IMG/VR virus record: IMGVR_UViG_3300042473_001265
Coordinates: 276,173 to 340,172 of that record
DNA length: 64,000 nucleotides
Direction: 5' to 3' (one strand)
Of this stretch, positions 49,511 through 58,568 are shown one piece after another (position 1 is the stretch's first letter; each line of letters starts with the position of its first letter). Position numbers and translations under genes: made by a program. The notes below the pieces were generated by a model, which saw only the letters and a list, made by a program, of their open reading frames with translations, did not search any database and had not been told where the DNA came from.

Positions 49511-49560
49511 TTGACCAATTAATCCAGTTCGTGTACACTAGATACATGAGCTGGATTTTT
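49511..49560 (+). repeat. Terminator-promoter element, copy 2
   Basis: Direct repeat of 48639-48688. Confidence 0.85.
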
Positions 49561-49637
49561 TTGGATTTACACAAACCAATTCTGGTTGACCAATCAAGTT
49601 CAGTGGTAATACACCATCAACATTTAAGGGTATTGAA

Positions 49638-50324
49638 ATGAAACATCGTATTTTAACTGCTGTGGCATTGGCTGCTGCTATGATGACCACAGGATGCAGC
49701 AACAATCCGCTCAAACCCGGCAGCGGCGCAGACCCCGGTGCCAGTGCTACCACTGCCATCAGTGAACAAGTGGCAGTGAACGACTTTACCCGCATCGGAG
49801 TGCGTATCAAATATAAATTGATCACAGGTGAGCTTGAAAGCATTGAAGCCACTGGATATGCTCCAGTCTGGGGCAACAGTGCATCCGCAGTGCGAGAATC
49901 ATTCCGTGTGGCCGAACTCGAAGCCAAGAAAAGTCTTAACGATTTTATCAATCGTGAAAACATCACCAGCAGCACTTCGGTCAAAATGATCAGTCATAAT
50001 CTGGAGCAGGCCACAGACAACAAGAAAAACAACTTTGTAAGCAATGTGGTCAAGTCCACTGACGAGTTTGCCGAAGTTGAAACGGCTGTCAATCCCAATC
50101 GTATCAACAACAACGAAACCAACACTGCTGTACGCAATGACGCATTGAAAATTGCCAGCACTGTGAACAACACAATCACTGTGAAAGCTTCGGGTATCCT
50201 GGGCGGGCTGTACCTGGTCGAAGGTAAAGTGATCAACAGCGGCAAAACTGTAATGACCGTCTATCGCTGGGACGCTCGGAGCAATGCTGTTCGTCCCACT
50301 GTGCGTTCTGCAATGATGCAGTAA
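49638..50324 (+). CDS. Lipoprotein (LPP20-like)
   Basis: Signal with lipobox TTGC; AELEAKKSL helix. Confidence 0.7.
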   Translation: MKHRILTAVALAAAMMTTGCSNNPLKPGSGADPGASATTAISEQVAVNDFTRIGVRIKYKLITGELESIEATGYAPVWGNSASAVRESFRVAELEAKKSLNDFINRENITSSTSVKMISHNLEQATDNKKNNFVSNVVKSTDEFAEVETAVNPNRINNNETNTAVRNDALKIASTVNNTITVKASGILGGLYLVEGKVINSGKTVMTVYRWDARSNAVRPTVRSAMMQ

Positions 50325-50325
50325 C

Positions 50326-51390
50326 ATGTTCAAGCGTTTACTGCTGGCCATCAGCACTGCCACAGTGCTGACAACTGCTCATGCTGATGTGCTTTCTATA
50401 TTTTTACCAACGCCGTGGACTGTGGGCATTGGGTTAGTTCGATGGCTGGCTGAAGGCCAAGAAAAAATTCTTTATGTAGAAGTTGTTGGCGAAGGCGCCA
50501 CTGTGGATCAAGCAAGACAACAGGGATTTGCACTGGCGGTGGAACATGCTGTGGGCACTGTGATTGTGAGCGAAACTGCTGTGCGCAACAGTCGTATAGT
50601 ACGGGACGAGATCATCACCTACTCTTCGGGCTATGTGGATCGATTTGAAATTGTCAAACAACAGCAGGCGGGCAATAGAGTTCAGGTCAGTATGAAAATA
50701 TGGGTCAAGCACAGCAAGTTGGCCAATAGATTGTTGAACCAATCTGAAACAGCCGGCACCATCGACGGTGGGCGTATCAGCGCACAGATACAGTCTCTGC
50801 AACGAGAACGAGTGTCCGGCGATCGATTGTTGCAATCTGTGCTAGCAGACTATCCACGCAGAGCGTTTGATATTGAATTGGCACCGACTCGAGTATTTTT
50901 CGATGCCAACAGAAATGGACAGTTGGAAGTGGCATTTCATCTGTCCTGGAACAAGTTGTACATTGACAGCATAGCCGAAGCTGTTGCTGCAATAAATCAA
51001 AGACCCGACTGCGGTAGATTTCCCGGCTGTACCAATGTGACTTCGGAAGTGACTGTTAAACGGCGTGGATTTGGATCCACCACCACAGCATATTTTGATG
51101 ATCGCAATGCACAGGAATTGATACGAAAAGAAATGGTGCAAAGCCAGCCCACCGTTCGTGTGGCCATTATGGATGTGAACGGCAATGAACAGTTCAAACA
51201 GTGCTTTTATGCCAAAGAACTGGATTATCGCGAGTACGCGGCCTGGTATTATGTAACGCTGGACCACAACAAAGTGTCCATAAACGGCCAGGCCAGCAAG
51301 AGATTCAGCACATTGATCAATCTTGGTTCTGTGCCGGCAAACCGGCTGGACAAAGTGGAAATATCCCTGGTTCGCGGACCTGGTTGTTAA
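50326..51390 (+). CDS. Secreted hypothetical protein
   Basis: Signal peptide ending AHA; GEGAT...ARQQGFALAVE pattern. Confidence 0.7.
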   Translation: MFKRLLLAISTATVLTTAHADVLSIFLPTPWTVGIGLVRWLAEGQEKILYVEVVGEGATVDQARQQGFALAVEHAVGTVIVSETAVRNSRIVRDEIITYSSGYVDRFEIVKQQQAGNRVQVSMKIWVKHSKLANRLLNQSETAGTIDGGRISAQIQSLQRERVSGDRLLQSVLADYPRRAFDIELAPTRVFFDANRNGQLEVAFHLSWNKLYIDSIAEAVAAINQRPDCGRFPGCTNVTSEVTVKRRGFGSTTTAYFDDRNAQELIRKEMVQSQPTVRVAIMDVNGNEQFKQCFYAKELDYREYAAWYYVTLDHNKVSINGQASKRFSTLINLGSVPANRLDKVEISLVRGPGC

Positions 51391-51483
51391 TTTGGATTAT
51401 GGCACAATAGTGCCATAAGTAGTTGTGTACCAATTTGGTTAGCTGTACAATGCTAACTACTATAACTTTAATTAGATCACATC

Positions 51484-52059
51484 ATGGCAAACCAAACAGA
51501 TACAGAATTCAACAAAGACCACACACAGGCCTTGGCCGACATAGGCATGTATGTGCTGATGGGAGAAATCAATGCTGAAACAGTCAAACCGGTGATTGAA
51601 TGGATTTTACACGAAAACTTTGTGTCCAAGAAAAAACGCAAAGAACTCTTGTTGATGATCTGTAGTGAGGGCGGCGATGTACAAGATGCATTTGCCTTGA
51701 TTGATGTGATGCGCAGCAGTCTTATTCCTGTAAAGACAGTGGGCTTGGGAATGATTGCCAGTTCGGGACTGTTGATTTTTCTTGCTGGCAGTGCTGGACG
51801 CCGTGTGTTGACTCCAAACACTTCGATACTGAGTCATCAATTCTCTTGGTACAACGAAGGCAAGGTTCATGAGTTATTTGCCACTATGAAAGAGTTTGAA
51901 CTGACTCAACACCGTATGGTCAAGCACTATCAAGAATGCACTGGGCTTGATGAAGAAAACATTCGTAAAAATTTACTACCACCACATGATGTATGGCTCA
52001 CTGCCGAAGATGCATTAAGACTCCGCATCTGCGATAGCATTTCAATACTTCAGCGCTGA
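51484..52059 (+). CDS. clpP: Divergent ClpP-like protease
   Basis: ICSEGGDV, IASSG (Ser), SHQF (His), DVWLTAEDAL. Confidence 0.85.
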   Translation: MANQTDTEFNKDHTQALADIGMYVLMGEINAETVKPVIEWILHENFVSKKKRKELLLMICSEGGDVQDAFALIDVMRSSLIPVKTVGLGMIASSGLLIFLAGSAGRRVLTPNTSILSHQFSWYNEGKVHELFATMKEFELTQHRMVKHYQECTGLDEENIRKNLLPPHDVWLTAEDALRLRICDSISILQR

Positions 52060-53600
52060 CGTTTACGGCCAAACATTGGCACATTATCTCTCGGAGGTTT
52101 CACAACTTCTGTCTCGTCTTCGTCGCCGCCGGCTCTAGCAGTAACTCTTGAGCGTTTTTGTGTCACTGCATCTAGGTCGGCAGCATTTAGATTTGCAGGT
52201 TCTTGCCCAGTCCCAGCGGCATCCGCATCATACGGTTCCATACTGGGTTCAGACCTGGCACCTTTGGGTTTGAGTTTGAAACTGAATCCGCCTTTGGTAG
52301 GGTTAACGCCGCCAGATTTTGATTCTATAGTAACTTCGCCATCAAGTTTTGCAGGCCATTGAGTGTTGAAAATCAGCGTGTTGCCAGATGCTGTGGTATA
52401 CTGCTGAATGAAATTGTAATCCAACACTTCCAGCACAACAGCTTGAAATTCAGGGACTGCTCCGCTGTTCACAATGTTCATCACAGCAGCTTTGGTCACA
52501 TAGGTAAGTTTTCCACCGTCACTGCCTTTGCTGTCTAACTTGGCAAACAGTGGCTCGTACTTGGGCATGGCTGTGCCATTTTTTAAACTGTCTGACACCT
52601 GGGCCACAATATCTTTTGACCAAGGAAGGAATGGTTGAAAGTCTGCAGGGATCGCGTCAGGTCCCAACCGCTGGTTCAACAAATTCATGACCTGGAACAC
52701 TTGACTCACAGTCCATGGCTTGGGTAAATTTTCGTTTTGACACAGCTCAATCAAATCAATTGCTGTTTGGTATTGAGTCTTTGAACGCAGATGATCAGGA
52801 ATCTTTAAGCTGCTCACACTGGGTGCAGCGCCGCCGCCGGTGCCCTTGCTGCTGATGTTTAGTGTGTGTGCATTTTCTGGATTGGTAACTGAAGCAAAAC
52901 TGTCAGCAATGGGATTATTTTGTTCACTGGGAAAGCTCAATACCAGGCTCATCATATCTGTGCCCAACCAGGCTAAAAACTGGTCACGCGATGCAAATTT
53001 GGATTGATTGTAGACCAATGCCAGCACACCAAGATATTCCCCTGCGTAATCCACAATGGCTTTTTTTAGCTTGTCGTTTTTGCGAATTTCGTCAGGCATC
53101 ACAGCAGGATTGCCAGCCATGATATTCTGTGCCATGACGATGACTGCTTGTCCGTATTCAGTTGATTGTAGCACTGGATTATTCACAATGGCCGCACCAA
53201 ACTCATCTGCTGGAATGGCCTGATCAGTAATACCAATCTGTGCTGGTTTGACCAATACACCTTCTTTGCTGGTCTGCCCAGGTGCTTGCGCTCCGGGCTT
53301 GGCGCTGCTGCCACCAAATTCAGCAGTTTTTCTAAAGTTCGAAAGCGGCCATTGTTTTCCATCGGCGTCGACTGCTTTGATGCTGCCTTGGAATTCGCCG
53401 GCTGCTTTCATCTTTAAGAATCTGTCAGCTTCGGCGGGAGCCAACACAACTTCGGCGCCTTCTTTTTCGGTATAGAATGGCCGTTTATTTTGAATGTGCG
53501 CAATAAATGCGTCAAAGCGTTCGGGATACTTGGTGATCTCACCCGGGCTCAGAGTTGCTTCCTGAAGCAAATCATCTAGTATGTTGATTAAATCTCTCAT
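52050..53600 (-). CDS. Large hypothetical protein with LLQEA leader, possible head-packaged protein
   Basis: 516 aa; late motif GATAAGTA 4 nt upstream. Confidence 0.7.
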   Translation of the reverse strand: MRDLINILDDLLQEATLSPGEITKYPERFDAFIAHIQNKRPFYTEKEGAEVVLAPAEADRFLKMKAAGEFQGSIKAVDADGKQWPLSNFRKTAEFGGSSAKPGAQAPGQTSKEGVLVKPAQIGITDQAIPADEFGAAIVNNPVLQSTEYGQAVIVMAQNIMAGNPAVMPDEIRKNDKLKKAIVDYAGEYLGVLALVYNQSKFASRDQFLAWLGTDMMSLVLSFPSEQNNPIADSFASVTNPENAHTLNISSKGTGGGAAPSVSSLKIPDHLRSKTQYQTAIDLIELCQNENLPKPWTVSQVFQVMNLLNQRLGPDAIPADFQPFLPWSKDIVAQVSDSLKNGTAMPKYEPLFAKLDSKGSDGGKLTYVTKAAVMNIVNSGAVPEFQAVVLEVLDYNFIQQYTTASGNTLIFNTQWPAKLDGEVTIESKSGGVNPTKGGFSFKLKPKGARSEPSMEPYDADAAGTGQEPANLNAADLDAVTQKRSRVTARAGGDEDETEVVKPPRDNVPMFGRKRQR

Positions 53601-53643
53601 CTTGTACTTATCTCAATTGCCTGTATACGAGCAAATTGCTCAG

Positions 53644-53672
53644 TTGACTATTGCACAGTTTGATGTTACAAT
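53644..53672 (+). promoter_or_regulatory. Sigma70-type promoter for clpP
   Basis: TTGACT-17 nt-TACAAT. Confidence 0.75.
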
Positions 53673-53700
53673 TGTTTATTGAACAACAACAAGGAATTTC

Positions 53701-54291
53701 ATGCCCCATCTAGTCCCAATGGTAATCGAGCAAACCTCCAAAGGCGAGCGCAGTTACGACATCTACAGCCGTCTGCTCAAAGATCGTATTGTGATGTTGG
53801 ATACCGAAGTCAGTGATCACAGTGCCAGCTTGATCGTTGCACAAATGTTATTTTTGGAGAGTGAAAATCCCGACGCAGATATCCTGTTTTACATCAACAG
53901 CCCAGGCGGTGTTATTACCGCAGGTATGAGCATTTATGACACAATGAACTTTATCAAATGCGATGTCAGCACCATTGTGATGGGACAAGCCTGCTCAATG
54001 GGGTCATTTTTGGCACAGGCTGGCACAGCGGGCAAACGACTGATGCTGCCACATGCACGACACATGATACACCAACCGTCGGGTGGTGCCCGTGGCATGG
54101 CCAGTGACATTGAAATCAGCTACAAAGAAATCATGCATATGAAAAAGATGCTGACCGATCTGTATGTCAAGCACAACAGCCGTGGCAAAACCTATGAGGA
54201 ATTTGAGCGCGACATGGACCGAGACACCTTTATGAGTGCAGCGGAAGCGCTGGATTATGGGTTGATTGATAAAATTGTGGAAAAGCGCTGA
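53701..54291 (+). CDS. clpP: ATP-dependent Clp protease proteolytic subunit
   Basis: [38 protein letters not shown]. Confidence 0.96.
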   Translation: MPHLVPMVIEQTSKGERSYDIYSRLLKDRIVMLDTEVSDHSASLIVAQMLFLESENPDADILFYINSPGGVITAGMSIYDTMNFIKCDVSTIVMGQACSMGSFLAQAGTAGKRLMLPHARHMIHQPSGGARGMASDIEISYKEIMHMKKMLTDLYVKHNSRGKTYEEFERDMDRDTFMSAAEALDYGLIDKIVEKR

Positions 54292-54299
54292 AATAACAG

Positions 54300-54328
54300 T
54301 TGACCAATAAATCCATTTGTCGTATAAT
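54300..54328 (+). promoter_or_regulatory. Sigma70-type early promoter
   Basis: TTGACC-17 nt-TATAAT. Confidence 0.88.
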
Positions 54329-54352
54329 TAACACTTAGCAACAAGGAGTCGT

Positions 54353-54526
54353 ATGGCAGGCAAAGCAAAATCATGTTATCTTTCGGTAACTCAAATTGAC
54401 ACCAGGAAAACTGTGTTGAACCGAATGTTTTTTAAAATGGCCGACCTTAATGATTTTGTGAAAACTGATGAATTCAAAGCAAAATATCCTCCCGAACAGT
54501 ATCAAGTAACCAAAGAAATCTATTAA
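54353..54526 (+). CDS. Small hypothetical protein (57 aa)
   Basis: SD AAGGAG after promoter; not in ORF track. Confidence 0.7.
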   Translation: MAGKAKSCYLSVTQIDTRKTVLNRMFFKMADLNDFVKTDEFKAKYPPEQYQVTKEIY

Positions 54527-54697
54527 ATGATTTTCAATCCCATTATTAATCCTAGAAAGAAAACCATGACTGTTCCTACCACAATCCGCACTGCCACTGG
54601 CGGCACAATTACCTATACCAAAACAGGGCTGATTCATCGCTCCAATGGCGCATATTCTGGAAAAATTGCTGCACTGGAAAAACCACCAAAAAAGTAA
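54527..54697 (+). CDS. Small hypothetical protein
   Basis: Abuts previous stop; followed by a terminator. Confidence 0.5.
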   Translation: MIFNPIINPRKKTMTVPTTIRTATGGTITYTKTGLIHRSNGAYSGKIAALEKPPKK

Positions 54698-54713
54698 TAC
54701 TTTTTACTACTAA

Positions 54714-54738
54714 AAAACCCGTCTGATTGGCGGGTTTT
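54714..54738 (+). terminator. Intrinsic terminator
   Basis: AAAACCCGTC/GGCGGGTTTT stem. Confidence 0.8.
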
Positions 54739-54744
54739 GTTTTG

Positions 54745-54773
54745 GTTGACTCAAAATGCTCTTTTTGCTATAA
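54745..54773 (+). promoter_or_regulatory. Sigma70-type early promoter
   Basis: TTGACT-17 nt-TATAAT. Confidence 0.9.
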
Positions 54774-54804
54774 TAGTGGTATAGTAAGTAAAAAGGAGCG
54801 TGAA

Positions 54805-54993
54805 ATGGACTACACCAAACACCTGGAACTTGTCACCAATTGGGGCATGTACCACAACATCCAGGGCGGCATGCTGGAAACTTTACAGGCCATGCAGGCA
54901 TGTGGGTCAGACGAACTGCACCGCGACGAGCGCCTGGCCGTGCGTGAATTGATGGCAGGCTTTGGCCAATTGCTGGCGCCAGTTGACCAATAA
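54805..54993 (+). CDS. Hypothetical protein
   Basis: Start moved to ATG 54805; ends VDQ* across the next -35. Confidence 0.7.
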   Translation: MDYTKHLELVTNWGMYHNIQGGMLETLQAMQACGSDELHRDERLAVRELMAGFGQLLAPVDQ

Positions 54994-55011
54994 TTCCCAA
55001 AGTGCTATAAT
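54983..55011 (+). promoter_or_regulatory. Sigma70-type early promoter
   Basis: TTGACC-17 nt-TATAAT. Confidence 0.9.
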
Positions 55012-55041
55012 AGTGGCATAGTAAGTAAAAAGGATGTCAAT

Positions 55042-55371
55042 ATGAACGCAACTGAACTGGACTCTAAAGCCGCACCGTTTGCATGGCTCGCCGCCAGAGA
55101 TGCAGCAATAAAAAGTTATGCTGCCAGCACATTGTACACTGAAGCTCAAAAAATTCGTGCAGAGCGCATGAAGTTGGGACTGGAGATGGTGTACTCCGTT
55201 AAGAGTGCTTTCCTCACTTATCGCAAGAAGTTTGTGACTATTAAATTGGATCAAGCTCAAGTGCGCGACCGTAAGACACTGGCTTTGCTGGAACAAGATT
55301 ATACTGCACAAGGCAACATTAGCAAAGTAATTACCGCACAAGGCATCACTTATCGTATTGCCCGCAGTTGA
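55042..55371 (+). CDS. Hypothetical protein
   Basis: Own promoter and SD; stop TGA lies in the next -35. Confidence 0.75.
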   Translation: MNATELDSKAAPFAWLAARDAAIKSYAASTLYTEAQKIRAERMKLGLEMVYSVKSAFLTYRKKFVTIKLDQAQVRDRKTLALLEQDYTAQGNISKVITAQGITYRIARS

Positions 55372-55396
55372 CTAATAATTCCCAATCGGTTATAAT
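55368..55396 (+). promoter_or_regulatory. Sigma70-type early promoter
   Basis: TTGACT-17 nt-TATAAT. Confidence 0.9.
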
Positions 55397-55426
55397 AGTG
55401 GCATAGTAAGTAAACAGGAGCAGACA

Positions 55427-55681
55427 ATGATTGTTAAAACAGGTGATGTGATTCGCAGTTACGATTTCAAACCCATGCTGGGTCGTGAAGATTGCTTTGT
55501 GGAAGGTATGGTAATCGAAGCCACTGCCGAGCAAGGTTACGATGCTTATAAAATCCGTGTGACTCGGGACTCCTGGTCAGATGCTGAAGACAAAGGTCGT
55601 TTTGGCAAAGTCATCTTTGTGCCTGTGGCAGTGGCCTACAACGACTTTCCGGGTCGTGTGATGAATCTGAGCCGTGTCTAA
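55427..55681 (+). CDS. Hypothetical protein
   Basis: SD CAGGAG. Confidence 0.75.
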   Translation: MIVKTGDVIRSYDFKPMLGREDCFVEGMVIEATAEQGYDAYKIRVTRDSWSDAEDKGRFGKVIFVPVAVAYNDFPGRVMNLSRV

Positions 55682-55686
55682 AACGG

Positions 55687-55715
55687 TTGACTAATATTCA
55701 CCAAAGTGCTATAAT
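55687..55715 (+). promoter_or_regulatory. Sigma70-type early promoter driving the paralogue array
   Basis: TTGACT-17 nt-TATAAT. Confidence 0.9.
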
Positions 55716-55745
55716 TAACACTTGAACAGCAACAAGGAATCGACT

Positions 55746-55946
55746 ATGACACGATATGTTCACATTGTTTATGTCCACCCCGTAGAACTTGGTCTGCCCA
55801 ACCTGTCGAAGGTCAAGTCGGAACAAGAATTTGACACTTGGAAACAGGCAATGGGGTATGTTGAACACTTCAATGCTCACGCAAAAGACGGTGTTGAGGC
55901 CGTGTACTACGGCAGGGTCAATGATGCCACAGGAGAATTAGAATGA
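55746..55946 (+). CDS. Hypothetical protein
   Basis: Start moved to ATG 55746 after AAGGA. Confidence 0.7.
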   Translation: MTRYVHIVYVHPVELGLPNLSKVKSEQEFDTWKQAMGYVEHFNAHAKDGVEAVYYGRVNDATGELE

Positions 55947-56155
55947 ACATGAGCTATTGTATGTTTCAAAATACCGCAACTGATCTGCGGCACTGTCTTG
56001 AGAGCATGGATGCAGCCGAGACCCTGGCTGAACTGGAACTGAGCCGCGACGAAAAACGCAGCTACGATCTCATGCGAGAATACTGCGAAAACTTCCTGAA
56101 CATTGCTGAACGACTGGATGATGCTGACGCTGACGCTGTTGGAGTTGCGAAATGA
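55943..56155 (+). CDS. Hypothetical protein (MSYCMFQNT motif)
   Basis: ATGA-coupled. Confidence 0.7.
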   Translation: MNMSYCMFQNTATDLRHCLESMDAAETLAELELSRDEKRSYDLMREYCENFLNIAERLDDADADAVGVAK

Positions 56156-56397
56156 ACGAACGAATTCTAGAACTGTTGAAACAGGCATCTAAACTTGCCA
56201 ACACCGATGACAACAAAGATATTGACCGCAATTTTGATATGATTGTGGCAGAAAAGTTCGCCGAACTGATTGTGAAAGAATGTTTGAATATTGTTATGCT
56301 TACACACAACGAAGGCAATGCAGATAATTTTTCATACGACGATGCACTTGATCATGTGTTTAGTAACATGAAAGAACATTTCGGAGTTGAATCGTGA
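56152..56397 (+). CDS. MNERI/KFAELIV/HFGVE family paralogue 1
   Basis: All three conserved blocks present. Confidence 0.85.
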   Translation: MNERILELLKQASKLANTDDNKDIDRNFDMIVAEKFAELIVKECLNIVMLTHNEGNADNFSYDDALDHVFSNMKEHFGVES

Positions 56398-56597
56398 AAG
56401 TGACCCATCCCTACACCTTGATAAAGCGGCGTATTGATGTTGTGGCCCGAGTGCCAGCCTGGGCGGTTGGAGAGATAAACAAAGGCGATCTGGTCATACG
56501 TCTGGATGCTCAAACTGTTTTTTTGCGAGATAAAGGCAGATACAAGGTGGGCGAATCCTACACCGAGTTCTGGGGCTACACAGGAGAAAATGCATGA
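56394..56597 (+). CDS. Hypothetical protein
   Basis: GTGA/ATGA-coupled; not a family member. Confidence 0.65.
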   Translation: MKVTHPYTLIKRRIDVVARVPAWAVGEINKGDLVIRLDAQTVFLRDKGRYKVGESYTEFWGYTGENA

Positions 56598-56923
56598 ACA
56601 AACGAATTCAACAACTTGCCGAACAGGCTACATCTTACAATAACAGTGATGGTTGGCTTTTTGATAAAGAAAAGTTCGCTGAACTGATTGTGGCTGAATG
56701 TTTGGCACAGGTTGCCCGGGTGGATGACATGTTGGAAGATGAGCCTGCACAACATGCGGCAGTGGCCTGGGTGGCCCGGTCGATTGCCGACCATTTTGGA
56801 GTTGCGAAACCCCAGTCAGACTGGGATCAAGAAGCAGCTGAATTTATTGCCGCAGAGGATAAAAAGGTTGCCAGCAGATACGGATATGTCCCAAAACTTC
56901 ATCCATCAGAATGGAAAGACTAA
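56594..56923 (+). CDS. Family paralogue 2, with C-terminal extension
   Basis: MNKRIQQLAEQA, EKFAELIVAEC, DHFGVAK. Confidence 0.85.
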   Translation: MNKRIQQLAEQATSYNNSDGWLFDKEKFAELIVAECLAQVARVDDMLEDEPAQHAAVAWVARSIADHFGVAKPQSDWDQEAAEFIAAEDKKVASRYGYVPKLHPSEWKD

Positions 56924-57138
56924 TGAACGAACGAATTAAAGAACTTTATACACAAGTCTGTATGGAACAGAATCTTCCGTTCACACTTGAACATAACAGT
57001 GCGTATATGTTAGATGCATTTGCAGACAAGTTCGCCGAGTTGATTGTGCGGGAATACTCTTACGATGTGATGAATTTACACGGGGCGAGTCCAGAGCGAG
57101 TAGCGATGGCTGCTAAACATTGGGAAGTTGAACTATGA
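56923..57138 (+). CDS. Family paralogue 3
   Basis: MNERIKEL, DKFAELIVREY, KHWEVEL; start moved to 56923. Confidence 0.8.
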   Translation: MNERIKELYTQVCMEQNLPFTLEHNSAYMLDAFADKFAELIVREYSYDVMNLHGASPERVAMAAKHWEVEL

Positions 57139-57365
57139 ACCTACGAATTAAACAACTGGCTGAACAATGCTGGGACAAGCGTCCAGAAGGCCAATTACAT
57201 TTTGACAACGAAAAATTCGCCGAATTGATTGTTCAGGAATGTATATCAGTTATTAATACTAAGGCTACCGAAGTTCCTGTTGAAGATGAATATGAAAGAA
57301 TGTGGAAGATGGGAACGGAATTTGCTGTATATCAGATTGATAAACATTTTGGAGTTGAAGAATGA
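57135..57365 (+). CDS. Family paralogue 4
   Basis: MNLRIKQLAEQC, EKFAELIVQEC, KHFGVEE. Confidence 0.85.
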   Translation: MNLRIKQLAEQCWDKRPEGQLHFDNEKFAELIVQECISVINTKATEVPVEDEYERMWKMGTEFAVYQIDKHFGVEE

Positions 57366-57622
57366 ATCAACGAATTCGAGCTCTTGCTGAAAAAGCAAAC
57401 ATTGAGTTTACCTATGACCCAACAGAGACACCTGTCAGAGCATTTGTCGAGTGTTGGGAAGATGATCTTGAAAAGTTCGTTGACATGATTGTGAAGGAAT
57501 GTATCGCTCAATGTGAAAGCCAGAACACAGTCATTACCACAGATATAGGCACAGAAGCGTGGGGAGAAATTTCTGATGCGGTAGAGCAGATTAAACGACA
57601 TTTTTACGGAGTTGAAGAATGA
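57362..57622 (+). CDS. Family paralogue 5
   Basis: MNQRIRALAEKA, EKFVDMIVKEC, HFYGVEE. Confidence 0.85.
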   Translation: MNQRIRALAEKANIEFTYDPTETPVRAFVECWEDDLEKFVDMIVKECIAQCESQNTVITTDIGTEAWGEISDAVEQIKRHFYGVEE

Positions 57623-57855
57623 ACTTACGAATTCAACAACTTGCCGAACAGGCTAGGCAATATGCTGAATCCAAAATGCATCTAACCGGATGGAACTATA
57701 TTGCCGAGTATAACGAAAAGTTCGCCCAGTTGATTGTGCGGGAATGTATGGATGCAGTGGGTGATGGACCAATGCAAAGACCAGAAATTCAAAGGATCAA
57801 AGCCAAGTTTGGGGTTGAGTATTACAAGCCAATTGAAAAAGCATTTGGGAGTTGA
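57619..57855 (+). CDS. Family paralogue 6
   Basis: MNLRIQQLAEQA, EKFAQLIVREC, KFGVE. Confidence 0.85.
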   Translation: MNLRIQQLAEQARQYAESKMHLTGWNYIAEYNEKFAQLIVRECMDAVGDGPMQRPEIQRIKAKFGVEYYKPIEKAFGS

Positions 57856-57858
57856 ATC

Positions 57859-58254
57859 GTGAACATAACTGTATACAGCTGGAATCTACTAAAAGAATCC
57901 TGTGAGCGTTGGTCGGTGCCCAGAGACTTTGCCGACCCCATGCTGAACTATCTGGTGTATGGTTATGCGCCAGGTAGTTGTTTCTCTGCGGTGTTGGCCA
58001 ATGACTTTTTTAGAGCAATTGGATCCAGCCATCCCAGTAACACTGTGGAAGCATTCAAGGCCTTGTCTGGTTGGATCCAAGATACTATGCCTCGTGAAGC
58101 ATTCGGCAGCTACGAAACTGTTCGACAGTGGTGTCAGCTTGATGCTGGGACTCGCCGAGCGATCCTTGAACGTCAGGGGCTGATCTATACCCAGCATGAA
58201 GAAGTGTTCAAGATTCTACGGAATGAGCATGCTGTGGAACCTGTATTATACTAA
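57859..58254 (+). CDS. Hypothetical protein
   Basis: GTG start after GGAG; PGSCFSAVLANDF. Confidence 0.7.
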   Translation: MNITVYSWNLLKESCERWSVPRDFADPMLNYLVYGYAPGSCFSAVLANDFFRAIGSSHPSNTVEAFKALSGWIQDTMPREAFGSYETVRQWCQLDAGTRRAILERQGLIYTQHEEVFKILRNEHAVEPVLY

Positions 58255-58268
58255 CACGGAGTTGAACC

Positions 58269-58568
58269 ATGATGCAAGATTTCATGTATGAGCAAACTCG
58301 AGTCACTGTGACCGACACATGGGATGACGAGATATCACAGTCTGTGATTGCAGCCGCAGTCAATGCGCCTCGAGTCAGCTACAGGATTTATTATTCCCAG
58401 GACAACCTGACCCGTAGGATTTTTGTTCATCGCGGCTGGCCCAACTGCACACCCGCAGAGATTGACGCATTGTTGGGCTTGGGATTTGTATTTGCACAAC
58501 CCGGTGATGCAGACAACATTCCCAACCAAGCCGTAGAGGAACATGAAATTGAAGGAATCGAACCATGA
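58269..58568 (+). CDS. Hypothetical protein
   Basis: SD GGAG; 99 aa. Confidence 0.65.
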   Translation: MMQDFMYEQTRVTVTDTWDDEISQSVIAAAVNAPRVSYRIYYSQDNLTRRIFVHRGWPNCTPAEIDALLGLGFVFAQPGDADNIPNQAVEEHEIEGIEP

